Shown piece by piece: positions 13,354 to 26,897 of a stretch of 64,000 nt of DNA. Below the pieces are notes generated by a model. It saw nothing but the letters and a program-made list of their open reading frames with translations. It was not told where the DNA came from and did no database searches. The stretch covers positions 172,610,001-172,674,000 of the forward strand of contig CM059425.1 of NCBI GenBank assembly GCA_030390025.1, in the 5' to 3' direction. Every line of letters starts with the position of its first letter. Within the stretch, counting starts at the first letter, position 1. The position numbers and the translations under genes were made by a program. The DNA is from Squalus acanthias. Taxonomy: Eukaryota.

Positions 13354-14267
13354 AAGATAGGTAGGAAAGTAAATTGTGAAGAGGACATAAGGAGGCTACA
13401 AAGGGATATAGATAAGTTAAGTGAGTGGGCAAAGATCTGGCAAATGGAGTATAATGTGGGAAAATGTGAAGTTATCCATTTTGGCAGGAAGAATAAAAAA
13501 GAAGCATATTATCTAAATGGTGAGAGATTGCAGAGCTCTGAGATGCAGAGGGATCTGGGTGTCCTAGTGCATGAATCGCAAAAGGTTACTATGCAGGTAC
13601 AGCAAGTAATTAGGAAAGCTAATAGAATGTTATCGTTTATTGCGAGGGGAATTGAATATAAAAGTAAAGAGGTTATGCTTCAGTTATACAGGGCATTGGT
13701 GAGACCACATCAGGAGTACTGTGTACAGTATTGGTCTCCTTATTTAAGGAAGGATGTAAATGCGTTAGAAGCAGTTCAGAGAAGGTTTACTAGACTAATA
13801 CCTGGAATGGGCAGGTTGTCTTATGAGGAAAGGTTGGACAGGCTAGGCTTGTATCCGCTGGAGTTTAGAAGAATAAGAGGTGACTTGATTGAAACATATA
13901 AGATCCTGAGGGGTCTGGACAGGGTAGATGTGGAGAGGATGTTTCCTCTTGTGGGAGAATCTAGAACTAGGGATCACTGTTTAAAAATAAGCGGTCGCCC
14001 ATTTAAGACAGAGATGAGGAGACATTTTTTCTCAGAGGGTCATGAGTCTTTGGAACTCTCTTCCTCAGAGGGCGGTGGAAGCAGAGTCTTTGAATATTTT
14101 TAAGGCAGAGGTAGATAGATTCTTGGTAAGCAAGGGGGTGAAAAGTTATCGGGGGTAGGCGGGAATGTGGAGTAATCGGATCAGCCATGATCTTATTGAA
14201 TGGCGGAGCAGGCTCGAAGGGCCAAGTGGCCTACTCCTGCTCCTAATTTGTATGTTCGTATGTATGT
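13354..14267 (+). mobile_element. 5'-truncated CR1 (subfamily D), RT C-terminus and tail
   Basis: ORF 13351-14103 (LVRPHQEYC, SRTRDH), tail TATGTTCGTATG. Confidence 0.9.
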
Positions 14268-14528
14268 AAGTCAAAGATTCCGTGGCACTATTTCGATAGG
14301 AGAGTTATTCCCCGGTGTCCTGGCCAATATTTATCGCTCACTCAACATCACTAAAAAACAAGTATCACGTTGCTGTTTGTGGAAGCTTTACTTGTGCAAA
14401 TTGGCTGCTGTGTTTCCTACATTACAACAGTGACTGCACTTTAAAAGTACTTCATAGGCTGTTGTAAGGTGCTTTGATATGTCCTGAAGTTGTGAAAGGC
14501 GCTATATAAATGCAAGTCTTTCTTTTTT
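14268..14528 (+). mobile_element. Deu-domain SINE (SacSINE1-like), 3' half
   Basis: GGCACTATTTCG...GTCCTGGCCAATATTTATC...GGCGCTATATAAATGCAAGTCTT. Confidence 0.8.
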
Positions 14529-15322
14529 TAAAGATCCACTACTATTTTATAGAATAAACCATAAAGAATCTGGTGCCATCAATGAGAGTCAATGTCTATT
14601 TCCAGCTAGTAATACCGTAGCTGCCAACCTTAAAATGGATATTACTCAGAATATTTCTTGCTTGGTTTCGGTATTATAGGAAAGTGGGTGTCAGTTCAGG
14701 GATATGCTCTTCCATGATATTTTAAAGAGCAACTTACTTGGTATATCACCACTTGTATAGCATGCTGGAAAACATACTTCGGGGAAACAGTAAAAAATCA
14801 GTTTAAAAAAACAATTAAGTAATAAATAAATATTCATGTCCCATTTCTAAAAATCTGCATTGCTGCTGTAACAGAAAATGGTCTTAACATTTGAATGAAG
14901 TTTGAGTGTTCCCAGCTCAGCCCTGTCATGCACATCACCATGTTCATAAAGTTCAAAAAATGTTGTTGCTTATTAAACTTTTGTGATGGTGCCTTATCCA
15001 TTTTTGGCTACTGGTCCCATGCTAATAGCTGGAAAAACAGGGGCTGACAGCTATCTCTCTCTCTTGGTCTACAACTTCTCAATAATAGTAATTTTCTGCT
15101 CTAGTTTATTTAGTGTTTTCTCTAACAGCTTTTTCATCCCAACGTTTCCAAGGGTTCATTTATACTTAAAAGGAAATAATATATTTTTATGTTTTCCCAA
15201 GGACATATTTTCCATCATGCTGTATAGAACCATATTTGCAGCACAGAAGAACCCTTCATCATTTTAAAACAAAACCTCTATTTTAGTTTTCTCTGCTCCA
15301 GTGTCTCAAGAGCCTCCTCATA

Positions 15323-18300
15323 ATTTTTTTTATTCGTTCCTGGGATGTGGGCGTCGCTGGCAAGGACAGCATTTATTGCCCATCCCTAATTGCCCTTGAG
15401 ACGATGGTGGTACGCCGCCTTCTTCAACCTCTGCAGTCTGTGTGGTGAAGGTACTCCCACAGTGCTGTTAGGGAGGGAGTTCAAGGATTTTGACCCAGCG
15501 ATATATTTCCAAGTCAGGATGGAGTGTGACTTGGAGGGGAACTTGGAGATGATGGTGTTCCCATGTGCCTGCTGCCCTTGTCCTTCTAGGTGGTAGAGGT
15601 CGGGGGTTTGGGAAGTGCTATCAAAGAAGCCTTGGCGAGTTGCTGCAGTGCATCTTGTAGATGGTACACACTGCAGCCACGGTGTGCTGGTGGTAGTGGG
15701 AGTGAATTTTTAAGGTGGCGGATGGGGTACCAATCAAATGGGCTGCTTTGGCCTGGATGGTGTCGAGCTTCTTGAGTGCTGTTGGAGCTGCACTCATCCA
15801 GGCAAGTGGAGAGTATTCCATCACACTCTTGACTTATGCCTTGTAGATGGTGGAAAGGCTTTGGGGAGTCAGGAGGTGAGACACTCACCGCAGAATACCC
15901 AGCCTCTGACCTGCTCTTGTAGCCGTAGTATTTATGTGGCTGGTCCAGTTAAGTTTCTGGTTAATGGTGACCCCCTGGATGTTGATGGTGGGAGATTCAG
16001 CGATGGTAATGGCATTGAATGTCAAGGGGTGGCGGTTAGACTCACGCTTGTTGGAGATAGTCATTGCTTGGCACTTCTGTGGCACGAATGATACTTGCCA
16101 CTTATCAGCCCAAGCCTGAATGTCGTCCTGATCTTGCTGCATGTGGACATGGACTCCTTCATTATCTGGTGAGTTGCGAATGGAACTGAACACTGTGCAA
16201 TCATCAGCAAACATCCCAACTTCTGACCTTTTGATGGAGGGAAGGTTATTGATGCAGATGATTGACCTCCAACAACCACAACCATCTTCCTTTGTGCTAG
16301 CTATGACTCCAGCCAGTGGAGAGTTTGCCCCCTGATTCCCATTGACTTCAATTTTACTAGGGCTCCTTGATGCCACACTCGGTCAAATACTGCCTTGATG
16401 TCAAGGGCAGTCACTCTCACCTCACCTCTGGAATTCAGCTCTTTTGTCCATGTTTGGACCAAAGCTGTAATGAGGTCTGGAGCCAAGTGGTCCTGGCGGA
16501 ACCCAAACTGAGCAGGTTATTGGTGAGTAAGTGCTGCTTTAAAGCACTGTCGACGACACCTTCCGTCACTTTGCTGATGATTGACAGTAGACTGATGGGG
16601 CGGTAATTGGCCAGATTGGATTTGTTCTGCTTTTTGTGGACAGGACATACCTGGGCAGTTTTTCACATTGTTGGGTGGGTATATGCCAGTGTTGTGGCTG
16701 TATGGAACAGCTTGGCTATAGGCACAGATAGTTCTGGAGCACAAGTCTTCAGCACGACAGCCAAGATGTAGTCGGGGCCCATAGCCTTTGCTGTATCCAG
16801 TGCGCTGAGACATTTCTTGATATCATGTGTAGTGAATTGAATTGGCTGACGACTGGCTTCTGTGATGGTGGGGACCTCAGGAGGAGGCCGAGATAGATCA
16901 TCCACTCGGCACTTCTGGCTGAAGATGGTTGCAACCGCTTCAGCCTTGTCTTTTGCACTCATGTGCTGGGTTCTGCCATCATTGAGGATGGGGATATTCA
17001 TGGAGCCTCCTCTCCCGTTAAGGCTAAGGGGATCAAGGGATATGGGGAGAAAGCAGGGACAGGGTACTGAATTTGGATGATCAGCCATGATCGCATTGAA
17101 TGGCGGAGCAGGCTCGAGGGGCCGAATGGCCTACTCCTGCTCCTATCTTCTATGTTTCTATGTTAGTTGTTTAATTGTCTACCACCATTCATGACTGGAT
17201 GTGGCAGGACTGCAGAGTTTTGATCTGATCCGTTGGTTGTGGGATCGCATGTTTATAGCATGCTGCTTCCGCCATTTAGCATGCATGTAGTCCTGTGTTG
17301 TAGTTTCCCCAGGTTGGTACCTCATTTTTAGGTATGCCTGGTGCTGCTCCTAGCATGCTCTTCTACACTCTTCATTGAACCAGGGTCGGTCCCCTGGCTT
17401 GATGGTAATGGTAGAGTGAGGGATATGCCGGGCCATGAGGTTACAGATTGTGGTGGAATACAATTTTGCTGCTGCTGATGGCCCACAGCGCCTCATGAAT
17501 ACTCTGTTCTGAATCTATCCCATTTAGCATGGTGGTAGTACTACACAACATGATGAAGGGTGTCCTCAGTGTGATGACGGGACTTCGTTTCCACAACGAT
17601 TGTGCGGTGGTCACCGCTACCAATACTGTCATGGACAGATGCATCTGCGACCGGTAGATTGGTGAGAACAAGGTCAAGTAGGTTTTTCCCTTGTGTTGGT
17701 TTTCTCACCACCTGCCACAGGCCCAGACTGGCAGCTATATCCTTCAGGACTCGGCCAGCTCGGTCAGTAGTGGTGCTACTGAGCTACTCTTGGTGATGGA
17801 CATTGAAGTCCCCCACCCAGAGTACATTCTGTGCTCTTGCTACTCTCAGTGCTTCTTCCAAGTGGTATTCAACATGGAGGAGTACTGATTCATCAGCTGA
17901 GGGAGGGCGGTAGGTGGTAATCAGCAGGAGGTTTACTTGCCCATGCTTGACCTGATGCCATGAGTCTTCATGGGGTCTGGAGTCAATATTGAGGACTCCC
18001 AGGGCCACTCCCTCCCGACTGTGTACCACTGTGCCACCACCTCTGGTGGGTCTGTCCTGCAGGTGGGACAGGACATACCCATGAATGGTGATGGGGGAGT
18101 CTGGGACATTGGCTGAAAGGTATGATTCTGTGAGTACGACTGTATCAGGCTGTTGCTTGACTACTCTGTGAGACAGCTCTCCCAATGTTGGCACAATTCC
18201 CCAGATGTTGGTGAGGAGGACTGTGTAGGGTAAACTGGGCTGGGTGTGCCATTTTCATGTCCGAAGCTGATGCCTAGGTCGATGCTGGGTAGTCTGCCCA

Positions 18301-18545
18301 GTTTTATTCTTCTTATTGTTTTTCGTAGCGGTTTTGTACAACTGAGTGGCTTGCTAGGCCATTTCAGAGGGCAGTTAAAAGTCAACCACATTGCTATGGG
18401 TCTGGAGTCACATAGGCCAGACCAGGTAAGGACAGCAGATTTCCTTCCCTGAAGGACATTAGTGAACCAGATGGGTTTTTATGACAATCTGGTAGTTTCA
18501 TGGTCACTGTTACTGATACTAGCTTTTTATTCCAGATTTATTTTA
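15323..18545 (-). mobile_element. Near full-length divergent CR1-group (Zenon-like) LINE, APE + RT, poly(A) tail
   Basis: TESYL, YRPP, GDFNVHH, ALDIKAVFDRVWH, FADDC, MEYSPLAWM; T-run at ~15324 is the poly(A); no obvious ORF1. Confidence 0.88.
17020..17161 (+). mobile_element. Short young CR1 3'-tail insertion
   Basis: Matches the 3' end of 26317-26897; GTTA on both flanks. Confidence 0.85.
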
Positions 18546-18559
18546 TTAACTGTAATTAA

Positions 18560-19960
18560 TAGTTTCTCATCCCTGTCATCATCCTGATCAACCTACATTT
18601 TGCACTTTCTATGGCTCTAATGTCCTTTCTATAATGAAGCATGGAAAACTGCACATAGTATTATGTGGCCTAACAAATGTTTTGTACAAATTTATCATTA
18701 TTTCTTTACTCTTGTCCTCTATACCCCTGATTATAAAACCTAAAATGCTGTTGCACTGTTTATGGCTTTATCTACCTGAACTTGCACTTTCAGGGAATTT
18801 AGTTTCTGAACCCCTAGGTCTCTTTGTTCCGCATTGACCGCTGAGGTACATCACTTCCAACCCTTCTCCAATCCAAGCAACACCCATTTACCTTAGCTCT
18901 GTTTCTTATCTGTCAAACAACTTTCTAGCCATGCTGTTACATTTCCTCATACCATGAGCGTGAACTTTTCTAACAATCTTCCTATGAGACACCTTATTGA
19001 AAGCCTTTTGAAAATCCGTATAAACTACATATATGTTTTCTCTTTATCCAATTGGTCACTTCAAAAAATATTAAATTTGTTAAACATGACTTGCCTTTAA
19101 CAAATCCAGGCTGGCTGCCCTTCATTTACCCACACATTTCTATATGCTTACTAATTTTACCTTGAATTATGGATTCTAAGAGTTTGCCCACTAATGATCT
19201 TATACTAACTGGTCTATAGTTATCCTGGTTAATCCTTCTCTCCTTTCTTGAATAAGGTGTTACACTGGTTACTCTCCATCCAATGGTACAATTTTCATAA
19301 TTAACAACGATTGAAAAATTGCAGCCGAGGCCTTTGCTATCTCCTCTCTGACTTCATTCAACAGCCTAGGGTATAAGTCATCAGGGCCGGTGACTTACTC
19401 ACCTTGAGTTCTGCCAAATTTTTCAGACCCAATTCCTTTTTTACAGTTATCTCTGACAATTGTTCCATCTCCTCCTCTGGTACACCTACATTATCACTTC
19501 CCCCATCATCTGTAAAAACCAATGCAAAATATTTATTTAATACCATAATTCTCCACAATCCCTGACCATCTTTTTCACTATTGTTTTATTTTTCATATGC
19601 TTAGAAAAGCCTTTACTATTTCCTTTTATATTATCTTCTAGTCTTTTTCATATCCCCTTTTAGTCTTTCTAATCACCCTTTTTACTTCTCCAAGACACTT
19701 TCTATATTCCTTGTCATTATCTTTAGCATTGTCATCTTTATTATATGCCTCTCTTAAGCTTCAGTTTCGTTTTAATCTATCAATGGAATTCTATTCTTTG
19801 ATGCACCCTTTTTGCCTTATAGGAATGTATTTATTTTGTACTGAATGTATCTTGTATTTGAAGATTTCCCAATGCTGATCTAATTTGACTGTCTTATCTC
19901 GCTGGATGTTGCCTTTTTCAAGTCCAACATCCATTATTTGATTCGTCATTATTCTTTTCT
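18560..19960 (-). mobile_element. Old, heavily decayed CR1 ORF2 (continues at ~15255-15322)
   Basis: VLNKYFALVFT, KSPALM, DFQKAFNKV-like and NYRPVS motifs on the minus strand. Confidence 0.75.
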
Positions 19961-19983
19961 ATTCATGCATATAATTGGCAACA

Positions 19984-20110
19984 TTAAAAGGATAAATTTG
20001 CAGGGCTATGGTGAAATTGCAGGGGAGTGGGACTAATTGGATAGCTCTTCAAAGAGCCGGCACAGATATGATGGGCCGAATGGCCTCCTTCTGGGCTGTA
20101 TGATTTTATG
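19984..20110 (+). mobile_element. CR1 3'-tail fragment
   Basis: TTGCAGGGCTATGG...GGCCGAATGGCCTCCTTCTG. Confidence 0.7.
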
Positions 20111-20949
20111 TCAGTAAGTTGCTTTTTAAAATAAATTATGGGAGAGCATGCCCCTGGGCTGACACTCACTTTCTTATCATACCAAAACCAGTATACCAAG
20201 TGAACTGAGAGTGAATCACTGCCAGGTTTGCTTCAATCTGAAGAGCTGATTTTCATTTGATTTTTTAAAACCTGATCTTACTTCCTGGATTCAGATGGGT
20301 TTGAAGCTGTTAGATGTTCAATATCAAGCCACGAGGAGCTCGGAAATGCATGCACAAAAAGAGAAAGCCTGCTATTTAAAACTGTATTGTCATAACTCCA
20401 AGGAATCTGCGTGTATGTAGTTTCGGCAAAATTATTTATACAATTGAGTCAAAATAGGGCCATTTTCAAGACCCTGGAAGTCAAAATTCCATCATATTGT
20501 TAGTGCAAGGAAGTGATGAGGAATAGATAAAATTGTGCAATTTCCTTTTGTTATAATTAAGAGCTGACATGACTCACTGCAGCCGGCCACTTTACATACT
20601 CAGTGCTCCCTCAGTGGCATAAGACAAAGCACACAATTAAGTTTAAGAGGGCATATGTTACATACTGTCACCACGGGGAAGCACACACTTCACTGTTTGA
20701 AATTAAAAATCTGACTGCACTGCAAAAAGTGTTCTTGCAAAGATTTTTGAGCATCTCTCATTAGGTGGCAGGAATGCAATTATTTTGAGTTGCATGAAAG
20801 ATTTAAAGCAAAGGTATATTTGTGGAGGGCATGAGAAGATGGAATCAGAACTATTAATGCTGTTGCCACATTTGCAAGTTAAGGGATGGCCTGTATTAGG
20901 GTTTGCCAGCATTGCATTCTGCACTGCACCCTCTTTAGGTTCCTCCTGC

Positions 20950-22230
20950 TCTTTGTTACGTCTAGATACGTCTTGGTGCTTTCATCCTCCAGGGCCTCCA
21001 TGATACTGTCTCTTTGCAGGGTTAAGTTGTGCAATATGCAGCACATAACAATGATCTTTGAAACCTTTGCTGGGCTGTATTGCAGGACGTTCCCAGTTGT
21101 ATCCAGGCATCTGAAGAGCTGCTAAACATGCCAACGGTATACTCATTGATTACTCTGGTGGATTGCAGCACATTATTACATGTGTTTTTAGCTTGCATCT
21201 TGGGATACCACACTGGTGTCGTAAGTTATGGCTCCAGAGGATACCTTTAATCACCCAAGTATTGGTGGGATGATGGACTACTTTAAAATGAAAGCAACAA
21301 AACAGCTTCCTAGAAACCAAGCATTGACTTGAATAATACGGTTCTGATGCTCGTAAATGAGCAGAACATTAAAAGAATGGAATGCTATCCTATTTATGTA
21401 GATAATGGCATTGTGGGAGGGAGCACCAGTAGAAAGATTTGCATTTATATAGCGCCTTTCACAACCTCAACATCCCAAAGCGCTTTACAGCCGATGAAGT
21501 ACTTTTGAAGTCTAGTCTAGTCTAGTCACTGTTGTAATGTAGGAAACATGGCAGGCAATTTGCACACAGCAAGCTCCCACAAACAGCAATGTGATGACTA
21601 GATAATCTATTTTTGTGATGTTGATTGAGGGATAAATATTGGGCAGGACACGTGGGAGAATTCCACTGTTCTTCTTTTAAATAGTGCCGAAAGGGCAGAC
21701 AGGGCCTCAGTTTAACGTCTCATCCGAAAGAGGGCACCTCCAACAGTGCAGCACTCCCTCATTACTGCACTGGAGTGTCTGCAAAGATTTTTTGTGCTTG
21801 AACCCATAACCTTCTGACTCAGAGGCCAGAGTGCTACCCATTGAGCCAAGGCTGATGGGTACAATCTGTAACCTTCTGGATGTTCAGGTATCCTGCCACT
21901 TTATAAAATTGCACAGTCCTCTCAATCAGTTGTTCACGGGAAAGGGGGTGAATTTGCTTGCTCAAGCAAGCAATGCCTTGATCACTTTCTGTATACATCT
22001 ATGGAGAGCTGATTCACTTATGTTGCTGATGTTCCCAGTGGAACTGTGAAATAATCCCAAAGCATAAAAGCTAAAGCCCTTTATACCTTTGGCAGTGCCG
22101 TGTCTACAGAAGAGTTTGACTGCAGGTCTGGCTGGATCAGATGGCATAACTCAGCCACTATATCCCTTGTAAATCGCAGCCTCTAAAGGCACTCCTCTCT
22201 GGCAAATGAAGGTACGTCCTTCTCTGACCT
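20950..22230 (-). mobile_element. PIF/Harbinger (HARBI1-like DDE) transposase remnant, split by a SINE
   Basis: TGNISNISESALHRCIQKVIKALLA, FYKVAGYLNIQKVTDCTH, GYPLEP-like, [31 protein letters not shown]; frameshifts. Confidence 0.85.
21432..21856 (-). mobile_element. Full-length Deu-domain tRNA SINE (SacSINE1-like)
   Basis: tRNA-like head at ~21790-21856, Deu core, tail TTGCATTTATATAGCGCC. Confidence 0.85.
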
Positions 22231-22544
22231 ACAGATTCTGATGTGCGGGTACCGGTGTCCCGCCATTGGTCCTCTTTCTACCTACAAGAAGCATAGCTTG
22301 AAAATAATTGTATCCATCCCCCACCACACCTTATTAGGTGTTAATGATAGCCATTATTAATGCCTGCTCGTGCTACATATGAGAGATGTTGCTGAAATAA
22401 AACTTCAAGAAACACATGGTTTGCTTATTGATGAACATTTTCCAGCTCCTGAATGTCACTCAATTTCTCTAAAGAAATTGTAGCAATGCTGCAGCAGTCA
22501 AATTTCCGTGTGTGCTATGCTTATTTGTTGAAGTGAAGGGTCCG

Positions 22545-23060
22545 TTATTCAAACATGACTATAAAAGACCATTTTGGTCCATCTGATCGGCCCAGAGTTC
22601 AAAAACAAAATACGTAATTCACTATCTATATCCCTCAGTTGATCTTCTCACCAAATGCCTGCCCAACTCATTCTTAAAATTATTAATGTCAGCCTCGATT
22701 GCCGCTCTTGGAAGTCATTCCAAACATTCACCACAGTGTGTGAAGTTAGTTTTATTTGATCTGACAATTCATTATTATTCTCCGGAGCTTCATTCCGAAA
22801 CCCCTTGTTGCCATGTAATTTTCGAAGCCATGGTAGACAGTTTCCTAGGATTCACCTTGCCTCAATAAGGTTTCCTCTCGATTTTTTCTTCCTTAGTGTA
22901 AGCAAACTCAGTTTCTGTAGTCTCCCCTTGTAACTTAGGTGTACGATGCCAGGTATCAGATGAGTAGTCCGGTGTTGCACCTTTTCCAGTGCCATGATGT
23001 CCTTTCTCCTGGTCTTGGTCTTCAATACATGCCCAGTTACACAGCATCACCTCCTGCATA
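22545..23060 (-). mobile_element. Ancient CR1-like LINE 3' portion
   Basis: Degraded VQRR..RLVPG/YKGRLQKL-like and FFTHTVVNVWN-like segments. Confidence 0.55.
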
Positions 23061-24054
23061 TGACCAAAGAAAAGTGAAAAATTGCCTCAAATAGTGACAT
23101 ATTCTGAATATAACATGAAATTGTGCTTGTGAGAATAATAAACAAATACAGCAGAAAGTATGCATCTATTTGCAGTTGGGGTGCAATGACTATAGGTATG
23201 ACCTCTTTCTGGAGATGAAGTTTACGAGGGTGTATAGTTGTTGGTGATGATGATGCTACTTAAGTGGTATTAATCTCCTGGGGTCCCACTCCGTGTTATT
23301 GTTTTCATTCTCTACACTGAGCAATTGTGGCTCTTTCTTCTGGTAATGACTTTTGTGCTTTTGCAGCTTAGGTTGTATGGAAGACTGCCGCATGTGTTTG
23401 TGTAGATTCACCAATAACTGTATGCAAATCATTTTTGCAGATTGCTAGCACTCCTGTTGTTGTGGTCTTGGCACTGCAGATAGCATCTTCATAACACACA
23501 GATTCTGCAGTACTATCCTGTTCAACCTTTGTTCCTACATTTTGCTGGTAACTGCAGAGTAACTATGTATTTTGTAATTGTGCATAGCAAAAGTATGCCG
23601 AATTGTGCCTTAATTCCAAATAGCTAATAGGGAATAAGTTTCCTCTTCACTCCAGGTGGTTCCAGACTCTTGAAGTGCCATGCTGGCACCTTTTAGATAG
23701 AGGGAGAATAGGTGTATAAATATACAGCAACTGCAGTCCAATTTAACTCGGACAGATTCCATTTTTATTTCACTAACAATTCCAACTTAACAGACAAACA
23801 TACATAGAACCTTAAAAATGTACAACATTGAAGAAGGCCATTCAGCCCACTGTGTCTATGTTAGCTCTTTGTTAGATCTAAATTTATTGCAGGAAGAAAT
23901 ATATTAATTACAGCGGAGATATTTAGCAATTTAAGATATATTGCAGAAATATGAAAAAATACAACTCTTGTGTACACAAATATAGATTGGTTTGGTGTAG
24001 AAGTTCCTAATCCTAATGGTATTACTTTCTCAACAAAAGTATTTATTAAGACTT

Positions 24055-24190
24055 AACTTGTATTTATATAGCATCGTTCACAACTTCAGGACATCCCAAA
24101 GCGTTTTACAGCCAATTAAGTATTTTTCTGAAGTGTAGTCGCTGTTGTAATGTAAGAAATGCTGCAGCCATTTTGCGCACATAAGGTCTG
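24055..24190 (-). mobile_element. Deu-SINE 3' fragment
   Basis: TTTATATAGC...CATCCCAAAGCG...GAAGTGTAGTC. Confidence 0.75.
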
Positions 24191-24414
24191 CTTATAGGTA
24201 TACTAAAGCCAAGCAGAATATCTGGTGTAAACTCAAGAAAATGTAGCAATCCCCTGTACCCAGACCCAGGGGATATTTTCAACTCAAGCCTCGGGGTCTA
24301 GACAAAAGGTCAAGTCTATGTGGGAGGAAATTCTTTTAGGCCATTTTTAGGAGTAAGTTTTCGGTGATTTATTTTCAGAATTATGTCTATTTTATGTGTT
24401 GTATTATAAGAAAT

Positions 24415-24850
24415 AACTTGCATTTCATAACCTCAGGAGGTCTCAAAGCACGTCACAGCAATGAAGTGTTTTTTTGAAGTGTAGTCATTATTGTAATAAA
24501 AGAACACAGCAGCCAATTTATGCGTAGCAAGCTCCTGCAAACAGTAATGAGATAAATGGCCAGATAATTTGTTCTTGTGATACTGGTTGAGGGATAAATA
24601 TTGGCTAGGATACCAGAACTCCCCTGCTTTTCTTCAAACAGTGCCATGGGACCTTTTACGTTCACCTGAGAAGTGAGATGGGGCCTCGATTAACATCTCA
24701 TCCAAAAGTTCACATCTCCAACTCTGCAGCATCCCCGAGTACTGCACTAAAGTATCAGCCTCAGTTATGTGCTCAATTCCTGAAGTAGAGCTTGAACTCA
24801 CCACGTTCTGACTCTGAGAAAAGAGTGTTAACACTGATCCAAGCCTAACA
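24415..24850 (-). mobile_element. Full-length Deu-SINE, older copy
   Basis: Colinear with 21432-21856. Confidence 0.8.
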
Positions 24851-25109
24851 GCATAATTATTTTTAGTTGTTTACACAGACCTAATTGGAACCTGCCAGTT
24901 CAGAGGAGCAGTTTGAAAAAAACCAAGGGATTTGATTGCTGATTGCTCATTCCTCATTAGTACTTTTTAATTCAGTCACATTTAGCCAATTGGTACTAGA
25001 TTAACTCAAATAACCACTTAGCTGTTATTAAATTCTCAATCAAAATATTTTGCCCCCTGGATGTGTTTTGGAGGTGTGATGCCTCTAAGATCACACTTTC
25101 AGATATGAT

Positions 25110-25850
25110 GCCTTTTTAAATTTGTTCTCTGAATGTGGTGACGTGACGCTGACATGGCCACATTTATTGCCCACCCCTGGTTGCCCTGAAAAAGTGGTAG
25201 TGGACCTTCTCCTTAAACCACTGCGGTCCTTGTGATGATGGTGTTCCCTCAATGGTTTTAGGTAAGCAATTCCAGGATATCGACCCATTGACAATGAAAG
25301 AATGGCGATTATATATCCAAGTATGGAATAGTGTGTAGCTTGGAGGGGAAATTGGAGGTGATGGTGTTCCCACAATATTGCTGCTCTTAATTCTTCTTGT
25401 TGGTCAAGATTCACAGGGGAGGGAAGTGCCATTGAAGCAATATTGGTGAGTTGCATCTGTTAGATCGTAGATACTGCAACCACAGTGCACTATTAATGGA
25501 GAGGGCGCATATTGAGCCTGGTGACAAGAGTACCAAACTAAAAATCTGCTCTGTCCTGGATGGTGTTGAACTTCTTGAGGGTTATTGCAACTGCACCCAT
25601 CTAGGTGAGTGGTGAGTATTCAATCAGACTCCTGACTTAAGGCTTACAGATGGTGGAGAGGCTTTGAGGTCAGGAGGTGCGGCATTCATTGCAAAGTACC
25701 GAGCCTCTGCCATGCTTTTGTAGCCACAGCGTTGATATGGCTAAGTCTAATGAAGTTTCTCAGCAATGGTCACCCCCAAGATGTTAGTGGGACACATGCA
25801 ATGCAATTGAAGGTCAAGGGAAGATGGTTGGGTTTCTCATGTTGAAGATG
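25110..25850 (-). mobile_element. Older copy of the divergent CR1-group LINE, 3' part
   Basis: Colinear with 15330-16060, more diverged. Confidence 0.75.
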
Positions 25851-25864
25851 GTATGAGCGGGGCA

Positions 25865-26065
25865 TATAAAAGAATTAGGAGCAGAAGTAGGCCATACTGC
25901 CCCTCGAGCCTGCTCCGCCATTCAATAAGATCATGGCTGATCTTCAACCTCAACTCCACTTTCCCGTCGTATCCTCATATCACTTGATTCCTTTAGAGTC
26001 CAAAAATCTATCTATCGCAGCCTTGAATATACTCAACAACTGGGCATCCACAGCTCTTTGGGGCA
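25865..26065 (-). mobile_element. CR1 3'-tail fragment
   Basis: CTCGAGCCTGCTCCGCCATTCAATAAGATCATGGCTGATC. Confidence 0.8.
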
Positions 26066-26316
26066 GAGGCAAATAGATGTTGCCATATCTTATAACAAGC
26101 CTTAATAACTTCCTAATGGTAAGGAAAAAAAATACAACTCTTGTATACACAAATATAGTTGATTTAGAAGTTTGTAATCCAAGATGGCATTACTTTCTTA
26201 ACAGAACTATATGTTGGTTGTTCCCAAATAGAGTTAACCCAGTTTTTGTGCGTCAGGTAAAGCTTTTTTTTAACCTTATACCTACTACAACTAAACTGTC
26301 CAAAACCAAGAACTTC

Positions 26317-26897
26317 CCTTGGTGAGACCACACCTTGAGTATTGTGTGCAGTTTTGGTCGCCTTATCTGAGGAAGGATGTTCTTGCCATGGAGGGAGTGC
26401 AGCGAAGATTCACCAGACTGATACCTGGGATGGCAGGAATGACGTATGAAGAGAGATTGGGTCGATTAGGCTTATATTCGCTAGAGTTTAGAAGAATGAG
26501 AGGGGATCTCATTGAAACTTTAAAAATTCTAACAGGACTAGACAGACTAGATGCAGGATGTTCCCGATGGCGGGAGAGTCCAGACCAAGGGGTCACAGTC
26601 TAAGGATAAGGGGTAAGCCATTTAGGACTGAGATGAGGAGGAATTTCTTCACCCAGAGAGTGGTGAACCTGTGGAATTCTCTACCACACAAGGCAGTTGA
26701 GGCCAATTCATTAAATAAATATATTCAAGAAGGAATTAGATATATTTCTTAAGGCTAAAGGGATCAAGGGATATGGGGAGAAAGCAGGGACAGGGTACTG
26801 AATTTGGATGATCAGCCATGATCTCATTTAAATGGCGGAACAGGCTCGAGGGGCCGAATGGCCTACTCCTGCTCCTATCTTCTATGTTTCTATGTTT
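26317..26897 (+). mobile_element. Young 5'-truncated CR1
   Basis: [20 protein letters not shown]..., tail CTATGTTTCTATGTTT; near-identical to 45677-46292 (inverted). Confidence 0.9.

Noticed and set aside
20950..22230. Domesticated HARBI1 or NAIF1 genes
   Set aside because: Stops, frameshifts and a SINE insertion; the Myb remnant at ~42 kb is likewise broken and lies within TIRs
23370..23555. ~60-codon open frame on minus after a CTGCAG acceptor
   Set aside because: No recognisable protein similarity or partner exons; length compatible with chance
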